Shown here piece after piece: positions 53,221-64,000 of a DNA stretch of 64,000 bases. Made by a program: the position numbers and the translations under genes. The stretch lies in assembly GCA_951406725.2 (NCBI GenBank), contig OX597824.1, positions 93,992,001 through 94,056,000 of the forward strand, written 5' to 3'. Positions within the stretch are counted from its first letter, which is position 1, and every line of letters begins with the position of its first letter. The notes below the pieces were generated by a model that worked only from the letters and a program-made list of their open reading frames with translations, had not been told where the DNA came from and ran no database searches. Origin of the DNA: Octopus vulgaris (Eukaryota).

Positions 53221-55779
53221 GTAGTATACTGTGGTGGTGGTGGTGGTGGTGGTGGTGGTTATGATGACGATGACGATGTTGATGATACTGGGAAGCAGTG
53301 GAGAAGAATAGAGATTGTTATGTGGAAAAGTAGTAGTAGTAGTAGTAGTAGTAGGAGGAGGAGGAGGAGGAAGATAGAAGAAGAAGAAGAAGAAGAAGAA
53401 GAAGAAGAAGAAGAAGAAGAAGAAGAAGAAGAAGAAGAAGAAGAAAACCCCTTAATTTCCACACAAGGCCTGCGGATTTGAAAATTGGAGGACAGCAAAT
53501 CTATTGGTCACTGTACTTGGCATTATTTTCTGCACTCCAAGAGAATAGAAGAGAAAGCTCACCAGAGCAAGATTTCACTTCAAAACACAAACGGCTGGAA
53601 CCATAAAAAGCAAAAAATTTGGTCCGCAAAGATTCATAAGAGCCTTTCGTTCTCAATCTTTCCAACATTACATGCTTCGGTCTATCTACTTTCAGATTCT
53701 TTGAGCTTAACAAGGATAGCTTAATCGACATTTGTTTATCGTCTGCACAACGTCCAGTCGCACAGCCAGAAAATCTTTGCTTCCTTCATTCTAAAGGCGA
53801 TCTCTTGCTAATTTAATGTCTTCCGGCTCTCATTTCGTCTTGAATTGTAGTTGAAGTTACACTGTCAATTGCATCTACCTTAAAATACGAACCATATTGT
53901 GATGCTATGGTTTTGGCACGCCTCAAACCATCTGTCATTAGTCGTGAGTATCGTGTTACAATGTCCCATGTATTGGGACAGCAGTCAATAGTTACGTTTG
54001 TCTTACACGAGCTCAACTGCTTACTTCCTCATTTGGTCATCAGTTACACTCCCGGATTGGCTGTCAAATTCGATGGACATCCCATCACTACACACATTAG
54101 TCAAGCTTCTTCTAGTTGCTACTTTGAGCGTACATTGAAAGTTCCACTTCTTGTCTTACCATTTATTTGATAAAATTGTCGGTGAAAGCAGGAAGAAATT
54201 TTCCCAAACCTTTTCCGACAAGTGTCGCATTTTCAAAATTCTCCGCACGTAACGTTGGCAAATTTCTTTTTCTGATTTTCCGAATCGTGGAAACTTCGAT
54301 CGTCAACGGAATTTGTATTTACATTGCAAATCCATTCGCTGGTGATGCCGTGAATGTTCCGAAGTACATGTTTGCAACTGCGTCTGGTTGTTAAATTATC
54401 GGTAATTTTTTTCCTCTGCGTTTCCTTTGTATTTTTCTATATTTTCATTTTCACAATTTTCAACAAAATATTCTTAGAAATTGTTTGAGGCGTGAACGTA
54501 AAGTAACAGCTTGACAAGTGAAAACGCAAATTTTAATGACAAAAACAAAAGCATCAACAAGGAACTCAGCCTAGCAACGCCGGAAAGCCACTGAGGATTC
54601 TTCGATATCAGCCAGCTCAAGATATAAGAAGCTATGGTAGAGGTATGTGACAAAAGTCAGTACCTCCTTGCTCGAAAAATATATCCAGTAAAGGGCTATG
54701 AAATGGAACATAACATAGATTGAGGAATTCCTATATGCATCCGGACGAGGACATGGTTGAAGCGATGGCCGATGTGTAGCAGGAGTTGATGCCTATCAAC
54801 CAGGTCAAGGTATATGAAAGTGTCATCCGGGTTTTAAAACCAAGGATAAAGGAGCCCTCAAGAAGTGTTGGGTTCTCACGAAACAGTCAACTTGCTGGTG
54901 TTGCAGTACATGGTGAGACACTTGAGATTCTTAGCCAGAGATATTGGTACGGACGCTGACCTATGACTTGTCGCCACCTTTGCTGTAGAGTACACGCATG
55001 TGACGAATGTGAACGTGATGGACAAGTATGTGAGCTCGAGTAAGATCTGGACGGAACCCCAGCTTTTTAAATCCCGAAGATCATAAGATGAAGCCTGAGT
55101 TGAACTCCACCGAGGTTGCGGAGAACAAGTACATGAACAGATGTGGCCGAGCAAATGACTCAGTTTTTACACATGTAAAAGCTATTTGAGTTCTTTCTCG
55201 ATGGATGCGCAACCGCCACCCACCACCACCATCACCACCACAAGACATGTCTTCTACAACGGCCCCGGGTCGACCAATGTCTTGCGAATGAATTCGACAG
55301 ACTGAAACTGCGTGGAAGCTCGTCGTTAATATAGACATGTGTGTGTGTGTTGTTTGTGTTTGTGTGCGTGAGAGTGTGTGTGTATGTGTGCGTGTGTGAG
55401 ATTGTGTGTGTTTGTGCGTGTGTGTTTTGAGTTAGTGTGTGTGCGAGTGTGTCTGTGTGTTTGTGTCTGTGTGGTTTGTGTTTGTGTGTGAGAGTGTGTG
55501 TATGTTTGCGTGTGTGTTTTGTGTTAGTGTGTGCGTATGTGTGTCTGTGTGGTTTGTATGCGTGAGAATGTGCGTATGTATGCGTGTGTGAGAGTGTGTG
55601 TGTGTGCATCGTGTTAGTGTGTGTGTGAGTGTGTGTCTGTGTCTGTGTGTTTGTGTCTGTATGGTTTGTCTGCGTGTGCGTGTGTGAGAGTGTGTGTGTG
55701 GTTTGTGTTAGTGTGTGCGTAAGTGTGTGTGTTTGTGTGTGTGTGCATTTGTACGTCGTTGTGTTTGTGTTTGTTCCCT

Positions 55780-55965
55780 ACCATCGCTTAACAGCTGGTA
55801 TTGGTGTGTTAACGTACTCGCAGTTTAGCGGTTTGACGAAAAAGACCGATAGAATAAGTACAAGATTGAATAAGCACTGCTGTCGATATGTTCGCCTAAA
55901 TCCATCAAGGCAATTCCAAGAAGTAACCGCAGCCTAATGACTGCAAAAACAAACAAAAAGTAAAC
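55780..55965 (+). mobile_element. SINE family B 3' half (diverged)
   Basis: ccatcgcttaacagctggtattggtg...gaccgatagaataagtac. Confidence 0.65.
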
Positions 55966-56079
55966 GATAAGAGATTTTAATTCAACTTGATCATTTCATG
56001 CTTCACTTCAATTCGACGTTTGCCACTAGAAATAACTCCGGGTGTCAAATTATGAGCAAAATAACTGTCCAAGTATAAA

Positions 56080-56526
56080 TGATCTTTTCTACTCTAGGCA
56101 CAAGGCCCGAAATTTTTGGAGAAGGGCAGTCGATTAGATCGTCTCCAGTACGCAACTGGTACTTAATTTATCAGCCCCGAAAGGATGAAAGGCAAAGTCA
56201 ACCGCGGCGGAATTTGAACTCAGAACGTAAAGACAGACGGAGTACCGCTAAACATTTCGCCCGGCGTGCTAACGTTTCTGCCACCTCGCCGCCATTATTT
56301 ATTTATTACCCACAGGAGGGTAAACATAGAGGAGTCAAACAAGGACAGACAAAGGAATTAAGTCGATTACAGTGACCCCAGTGCTTAACTGCTACGTATT
56401 TAATCGACCCCGAAAGGTTGAAAGGCAAAGTCAACCACGACGGAATTTGAACTCAGAACGTAAAAACGGACGAAATACCGCTAAGCATTTCGCTCGACTT
56501 GCTAACGTTTCTGCCAGGTCACCGCC
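56080..56526 (-). mobile_element. Two tandem SINE family A copies, flanked by a ~35-bp duplication
   Basis: Both units end in ctaacgtttctgcca..cgcc; tccg.gtgtcaaattatgag.aaaataactg at about 56037-56070 and 56531-56563. Confidence 0.8.
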
Positions 56527-56770
56527 CTGCTCCGTGTGTCAAATTATGAGTAAAATAACTGCCAAACTATTCGAACGTCTAAATGATGGAATGTTGCTCC
56601 TTTCTGCTCAAATGTGTGCATGTGACGTCCGATATTATTTTATACTTTTAATTCATTTTTACATATAATTCATTAATATAAACTTATTTTTAAACACATT
56701 TTTGCTATGTTCTTTTTCCTGTGCCTTTTTTAAGCTAATAAATTTCATGGCTTTTTCTTTTTCGTTTCAG

Positions 56771-56837
56771 ATTGGTGATAAACCAAACAATGAATTCGAA
56801 GTGCTTTCAAAAGAATTCCAAAATATTTTATTTAAAG
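56771..56837 (+). CDS. CA10/CARP-like exon C (67 bp, phase 0-1); not in the ORF track
   Basis: Long T tract plus tttcag acceptor and GTAAGG donor at 56838. Translates [22 protein letters not shown]+G; the terminal G joins GT of exon D to give Gly. Confidence 0.85.
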
Positions 56838-56909
56838 GTAAGGAGTACTGTACCGAAAAGTAAGATGAGCAAATCCATAATTAGCAAAATAAACCACGCA
56901 AAGTTTATA

Positions 56910-57083
56910 GGCGCAGGAGTGGCTTTTTGGTAAGAAGCTTGCTTCCCAACCACATGGTTCCGGGTTCAGTCCTACTGCGTGGAACCTTGGGCAAGTGTCT
57001 TCTACTATAGCCTCGGGCCGACCAAAGACTTGTGAGTGGATTTGGTAGACGGAAACTGAAAGAAGCCCGTCGTATATATGTAC

Positions 57084-57119
<36 letters not shown>

Positions 57120-57138
57120 GCATGTATATATGTATATG

Positions 57139-57176
<38 letters not shown>

Positions 57177-57202
57177 TATATATATGTATGTATGTATGTA
57201 AA

Positions 57203-57233
<31 letters not shown>

Positions 57234-57448
57234 CTGTGTTTGTGTGTCTGTGTTTGCCCCTCAACATCACTTGACAACCGATGCTGGTGTGTTTACGTCG
57301 CCGTAATTTAGCGGTTCGGCAAAAAGAGACCGATAGAATAAGTACTAGGCTTACAAAGAATAAGTCCTGGGGTCGATTTGCTCGACTAAAGGAGGTGTTC
57401 CAGCATCGCCACAGTCAAATGACTGAAACAAGTAAAAGAGTAAAAGAG
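56910..57448 (+). mobile_element. SINE family B, full length, with expanded internal microsatellite
   Basis: Head ggcgcaggagtggc, B box gggttcagtcc and tail gactgaaacaagtaaaagagtaaaagag. Confidence 0.88.
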
Positions 57449-58492
57449 TCGGAATGTTTTGGGCCAATGACCCATCCGTGTTTTCAAGTTTATTGAGCTT
57501 TTGTCTTATTTCTTTTCATTTTTACTTCCATTCTAAGCAATAGGGTAGAATAACAGCTTACATTATCATGGCGGATAACTTCACGGGTGCAAGAAACGAG
57601 AACTTGTCGAAAAGTGTTAGGCGCTTAAAAATAAGATCAATTCAAGAATAAAGGTATAGATTCGAAAACCGTAACATCCTGGAGTATTTTCAAAGTATTC
57701 CATTACTTTCAGCGGGAATTCTTTCTACGTCAAGCAATTAAATCTACTTTGCCGCATTTAATAATCACATGAATTCAACAAGCAACTTTTTGTTCGAACT
57801 TTAGAAAAGCTAAGCTTTGATATTGATGAAGCTCGTCGCCGTAGATTAGGTCTCGTATCTTATCAGGTCTCATAATAGATATAGTATCTACTAACATTGT
57901 CATGGCGAATTACTTTACAAGGATCGAGAAATATCGGTTGTCGAGTGTTATACAGACATCTAAATTAATAGCATTTACGATCTAACAATCATCGGTCCTG
58001 GTAAAGAGCAAAAAAACTACCTGGAGTAAAAAATATTGGTCTTTGAAAGATTTAGCTGACTCGAGAGTCAAAAATATGGCAGAGGCGACTCCAACCATTC
58101 AGCTCTGAATAACTTGACAGTAATAGCAATCATTAATTGCTGTTATAACCAACTTTAAATGAACGTAACCCGAAACGGAAATGGAATCATCAAATCACCT
58201 CATTTATATCTGATTTCTACTGTTTTTAACTACTTTCCAGTCACCAATTTACTTCAAGTATCTCGAAAACCATTCTATCAGGCTGGAAAGCTGGCCACAA
58301 GGCAATAATTTTCTCTCTCTCTCTTCAAAATTGTACCATAACTTAGGTGAAAAGTTTTGTTCGGTGTTCACTTCGACAATACCATTGTATCACCATTTAT
58401 TCTTAATAGTTATCTCGTTCTCTCTCTTTCTCTCTCTCACTTTCTCTCCCTCACTTTCTCTATCTCTCTCTTTCTCTATCTCTCTTTCTCTA

Positions 58493-58572
<80 letters not shown>

Positions 58573-58729
58573 CGTCTGTTTGTCGACCTAACTATCTGTC
58601 TATCGACTTATCTATTATCTATCTATCTGTCTGTCTGTCTCTCTGTCTATCTACTTATCTATCCATCTATATATCTGCATGTCTGTCTGTCTATCTATTT
58701 ATCTATCCATTTATGTATCTATATATATG

Positions 58730-58769
<40 letters not shown>

Positions 58770-59204
58770 CATATATATGTGTGTGTGTGTGTGTCTACCT
58801 ATCTATCTTTCTATCTGCTTATTTATTTATCTATATATCTGTCTGTTTGTCTGTCTGTCTACGTATCTATCTATCTCTCTATCCACCTGTTTCCCCATTT
58901 GTCTTTATATAAGCCTATCTATAAATCCAGTGAATTTGAAGTGTTTTCAAAACATCTATTAATATGTTCATTTCTGACATGTTAAATATTTGTATATAAC
59001 TATATCAATATTGTGTGTGTGTACGTGTGCATGTGTGTGCATGCATGTGTGTGAGTATACGAGTGCATATACCATACATATTGAGAGTTTCATTAACAGT
59101 TGCGTTAACCATGCTTCTCTAAGAACTCTTTGTTTCTAACTAATAAGGAATTTGTTAACGTATGGCAATGATTTTATGAAAGTATCTATGGATATGTGAC
59201 AGGC

Positions 59205-59545
59205 ATGAAGACGCATGGGTTAGAGGCTAGAGCATTGGTCTCACAATCATAAGGTAATGATTTCGATTCCTGGACCGGGCTGTGTTGTGTTCTTGAGCAA
59301 GACATTTTATTTCACGTTGCTCCAGCTCCCTCAGCTACAGAAATGAGTTACAACGTCACTGGCGCTAAGCTGTATCGGCCTTTTCCTTTCCTTTGGGCAA
59401 CATCGGTGACGTGGAGAGACGAGATTGGTATGCATGGGCGACTGCTAGTCTTCCATAAAAACAACCTTGCCCGGACTTATGCCCCAGTGGGGGGAACTTT
59501 CTAAGTGCATTGCCATGATCATGAATGACCATGGGATTTACCCGT
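59205..59545 (+). mobile_element. SINE family D copy
   Basis: Reverse match to 2985-3308 (atgaatgaccatgggatt, cttccataaa.acaaccttgccc, ttcacgttg.tccag). Confidence 0.75.
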
Positions 59546-59636
59546 TCTGTATCTCTTAAATATTATTCACGTAATTGCCATGTTTAAAATTAAGCAATTT
59601 CAAGAGTGTTTTACAAATGTGCGTTGTTTTTGGCAG

Positions 59637-59791
59637 GTCAAGAAAGAAATATATCGGAAATATTACTAGCTGACCTTCTACCCCAAACGGAACGATATAT
59701 GACCTATGAAGGTTCGCTCACACAACCCGGCTGTCAAGAGACCGTCACGTGGATATTGCTAAACAAACCCTTATACGTCACAAAAGAGCAG
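59637..59791 (+). CDS. CA10/CARP-like exon D (155 bp, phase 1-0)
   Basis: tttttggcag acceptor and GTAAAC donor at 59792. Translates (G)QERNISEILLADLLPQTERYMTYEGSLTQPGCQETVTWILLNKPLYVTKEQ with the alpha-CA Y.GSLT.P.C.E.V.W signature. Confidence 0.95.
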
Positions 59792-59881
59792 GTAAACAAC
59801 TACAGGTGTTTCTAATCACTGTATCATTCTCTTAATTTTTTTAACTTCAATTCTCTCTCTCTCTTCCTCTCTCTCTCTCTC

Positions 59882-59920
<39 letters not shown>

Positions 59921-60018
59921 CTTAATTTCTGTCTCCCACCCACAACCACACCCACAAACGTTCAGACTCTCAATTTCCTTAGATTTTTCTTTCGCTCTCA
60001 CCCTCAGATCCCGTCCCT

Positions 60019-60068
<50 letters not shown>

Positions 60069-60367
60069 ACACTCTCTCTCTCCTCTTTTTATTTCAGTAT
60101 CTCTCTCTTTATACATACATTTATTTTTTTATGTGTATACATATATATATGTATACACATTTATGTATACATATATATATGTACACATATTTATGTGAAT
60201 ATATACGGACGACTAAATATACGTATATACACATACATACATAACATATATATATATATAAGGTAACTTCTGCTGTTCTTTGTCTATCTCCTTAACGTCT
60301 TGGAGATTTTAGGTATAATTATACTAATGTGTCCATATGTTGTAATTTAATTAAATTCTATGTCTTT

Positions 60368-60456
60368 GTGCAGCTGAAGATTGCTCTGCGTTTTAAATTG
60401 ATGTAATGATTGCATTGTTCAATTAAATGGAGTTGCTTGGAACGATCGTACTGCAT
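60368..60456 (+). ncRNA. Type I hammerhead ribozyme, near intact (one core substitution)
   Basis: Stem I gtgcag/ctgcat; CTGAAGA 60374-60380; long AT-rich stem II; GGAA in place of GAAA at 60439-60442; palindromic cgatcg; GUA at 60448-60450; within a ~320-bp element starting after (TA)n. Confidence 0.68.
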
Positions 60457-60570
60457 TACCTCTGGATATCCTTGTTGCTTATTTTGATTTTAATCACCTT
60501 ACTTTGAAATTGTATGGATAATACCGTACTAAATTTTGGTGCCTCAAATTAAGTACCATATTCATCGGAA

Positions 60571-60642
<72 letters not shown>

Positions 60643-62366
60643 ACTGTGCAGCTACCGACATTTACTACACATTGTTTATCGCTGTTAATATCTTCATATG
60701 AATGTGATGATGGCCAAAATTTGGCGTGTGGTAATATTAAAAGCATGGAAATATTTAAAGGATAAAATGGAATGGAGTGATCTTATTGCTAATATAACCG
60801 TCATATGAAAAATAGTGATGTTTGTCATTTAGAACAGATTAGACAAAAGTATACAAAAATATACAGAATATCCGTATAGAGTGAAAAAAATTTCAAATGT
60901 TTAATAATTGCGCGTTTTAAAATTCAGCATTTCATATGAAATTATTGGATATATTCAGATGTCATTGAAAACTTTAGAATCTTAATAATGTTCTTCCAAA
61001 TGTCAGAATTTACGATCTTTTAGGATTTATATTAGAATTAGAATCATTCATTTAGTGGAGGTAATTGGAAAGTATTTTGACGCTTGCCTGCTATAGCCAT
61101 CAATCTCTGATCTTTTTTTTAAAACCATACATTTCTTTAAATACAATTAATAGTTTTTAAGTTAAGCAAAGTTGGCGCATCTATTAGGACGACCTCTATA
61201 ACGTACGTACGTAGAATCATAGCAAAATGGAAAAGGAAAATGACCTTTGAATTTGTTTCTTTTAAGGACCAAATATACTTGGAACGTTTAGTGGAGTTTA
61301 TTTTAACCAGTATCTCGGATGTATAGATATACTGATAAAAAAGTAAGTTTAAAATAAAACTCAGTGAATACAAGTTGTGGGTGTACAGCTATTATTCGAT
61401 TGAATCGTAGAACAATACAAAGAAGCGTTTGAAAAATGATTCCCATCAATCTGGCTTTTATTTAGCGCAGTGCAATTACAGGTAGGAGGAGAAATCATAT
61501 TATTGTTGATAGGAAATGTTTTGGTTAACTGAGCGTGTAAACATTTTACATGCTGACTCGCTTACGTTAATTGAATATCAATTCAAAATCGTATGAGTTC
61601 TATCATTTACCAGAAAATGAAAATAAATTTAATTTAAAAAGTTTCCTGCATGCTTTATAAATCGCTCTAATAAATACACTACGGTACAGATTCCTGTATG
61701 CACGTCGTTATTGATGCAGGAACATATAAATATAGGAGCAGAAACGAGAGCACAATATGTATTTATACGTGTATATATCTGTATTTGTAATGTGGGTGAA
61801 TGTACGTGGGAGCACAACATAGGGACTTCCGTCTGTTGCACAAAACCATTCAGAGGTTACAAGAAGCAGTAATTCTTCCATATTAAACTAAAAGCAGAAA
61901 GGGTAACAAACGAATGTGGGCACTGCAAAGAAGGCGAGCTAAGAGATGGAAATCTCTAAAGAAAAGGAAAAATTCTTGTCCATTTTAAAGATAGCCGACC
62001 ACCTTCCTTTGGCCAAAAAGGACAGATAATCTTCTTCTGTCGGATAGCTACAGTGGGAAAATATGTGTTGTGGGTCTAACTGTAAGGGCTAAAGTGAAAC
62101 ACTTTTCTTTTTGCCTCAGCTCATCGTAGTTTTCAACGTTTCCTTGAAGAAGTGTTCGGTGGAGGAAGAGGTGCTGACCTCCCTTAAATTTATGTAATCG
62201 CAAGAAGAGGAAAGACATAAGCAGAGTTCAAAGTGACTGATTTAATATCAGCTGTATGTTTGGAGGCTAAAAATGTCCCTTGGGGGATGGCATTTACTCT
62301 TGGTATTCAGATAATTTTGATTGATTCAGGGTGGCGATCCTTTTCTAGGGACGTAATAGAACTTAC

Positions 62367-62572
62367 TGCGAGCTGGCAGAATCGTTAGCACGCCGGGCGA
62401 AATGCTTAGCAGTATTTCGTCTGCCCCTACATTCTGAGTTCAAATTCCGCCGTGATCGACTTTGCCTTTCATCCTTCCGGGGTCGATTAAATAAGTACCA
62501 GTTACGCACTGGGGTCGCTTGAATCGATTTAATCTCCTCCCCAATGCTGCCCTTGTGGCAAAATTTGAAATC
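62367..62572 (+). mobile_element. SINE family A copy
   Basis: gcgagctggcagaatcgttagcacgccgggcg...gagttcaaattccgcc...aagtaccag. Confidence 0.85.
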
Positions 62573-62611
62573 ATTGTTAGTATTATTATCATCATCATCA
62601 TTATTATTATT

Positions 62612-62653
<42 letters not shown>

Positions 62654-62655
62654 TT

Positions 62656-62875
62656 AAGGCGGTGAGCTGGTAGAATGGTTAGAACGCAGGACAATGTACT
62701 TAGCATCATTTCGTCCGTCTTTACCTTCTGAGTTCAAATGCTGTCAGTATCTACTTTGCTTTTCTTCCTCTCAGAGTCAATGAAATAAGTACCAGTTTCA
62801 CACTGGGGTCGATGTAATCGACTCTTTCCCTTCCGCAAAATCTTTCAGGCCTCGTTTCTATGATAGAAAGGATTG
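62656..62875 (+). mobile_element. SINE family A copy (diverged)
   Basis: aaggcggtgagctggtagaa...gagttcaaatg...aagtaccagtttcacactggggtcg. Confidence 0.75.
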
Positions 62876-64000
62876 CTATTATTATCATCATCGTCGTCAT
62901 CATCGTCGTCGTCGTCGTCGTCGTTATTGTTGTTGTTGTTGTTGTTGTTCGATTATTGTTATTCCTCCAAGAATTCCAGAATCTCTTCTATAATAAGGAT
63001 TTGATTTTGCTAGTTTCTCGGTTTTGCCTATAAACTGAATATGTTATATCAGAAAATGAAATTGAGAATGGAATGCGTATAAGTACTATTTATCATAAAG
63101 AACCCAATTTATAAAGCATTTAAACTCTTGAGAGAAACCTACCATTTTTATTTTGTAGTTTATCTGTTTTCATTGTGAGGGGAATATTGCTGTTTTAATA
63201 CGCCTAGTAGAATTCCATAATCTATCTGATAGAATTTTCCTGCAAGCCATCCCCTGGTGATTCTTTTAATAAAGAAACTTTTCATATATGTCATGAGTGT
63301 TGCATTGACCTGACGAGTCTGCTGTTCCGTATCTGGTATAGATAAAATAGCAAGAGAATTTAACCTGTAATTTCATGTCGCTATAAATGAAAACCTAATG
63401 TGGATAACGCCGAAGGCTTTTCTCAACAAAATCGCATTTCCACGAAGAACATCGTAGATAAAATACAGTATGAATACATGTATGAATATTAATGTTCTTT
63501 CCATTATTTTGCGGAGATAATACAGACAAAAGATAGGAAAATTAGATTGTTTACGATTCTTTGTTCACACTTCAAATTCTGCTGGGTTTTCATTTGCCAA
63601 TCAACTTAAATAAAACGATTTAAGATGTTCCAGGAATATATGATCTTTTAATAAATTCATTGTAAATTCGTCTTCGGCAAAATTGTTCACGTGAAAAACA
63701 AAGGCCAATCATTTAATTATTATTCTTGTTTTTCATTTAACATTCCGTTGCTATTCCGCTGATGTTGGATATATCGATGCCTCCCGCAGTCTTCGGTAAC
63801 TCGCATTTTGAATAGACCTAACTGTGCCAACTCAAAACAAAAGCTTTCTCTTGGGTTAGGAATTTCACTCCGATATACATCTTCAAATAACAGTATAACA
63901 TTTTTGCCTCTGTCTCTGAAGCTGCCATAGCAACCGGGATAGAAAAATCTACAGCGATTTCAAATCATTCGAATTATATTTTAAGTTCTGTTATATTTTG

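Noticed and set aside
61790-62340. Possible LINE ORF1 remnant (ILVHFKDSRPPSFGQKG)
   Set aside because: Only a vague resemblance to a zinc-knuckle context; the Cys residues are missing.

Overview
Eukaryotic, AT-rich and extremely microsatellite-dense DNA. The tRNA-derived SINE families and repeat landscape look like an octopus (coleoid cephalopod) genome; this is recognition, not a search result. The only host gene supported is four consecutive, phase-compatible internal coding exons (+ strand; 36955-37146, 43437-43532, 56771-56837, 59637-59791; 170 aa spliced) of a carbonic anhydrase-related protein of the CA10/CARP type. Its first Zn-ligand His is replaced by Lys while the other two His are kept. 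The rest is intronic or intergenic repeat: at least four SINE families, decayed LINE fragments, two Penelope-like element (PLE) coding remnants, several MITEs, three minisatellites and many simple repeats. Almost all ORFs in the supplied track are microsatellite artefacts. The most notable signal is a dispersed set of more than ten minimal type I hammerhead-ribozyme-like motifs (CTGANGA...GAAA-palindrome-TH) in PLE-type terminal repeats next to (TA)n tracts. One has an apparently intact core and is duplicated on both strands inside an apparently perfect 165-bp inverted repeat (28641-28980). A second highlight is a 1.5-kb 43-bp satellite that appears to derive from the 5' head of an adjacent SINE.
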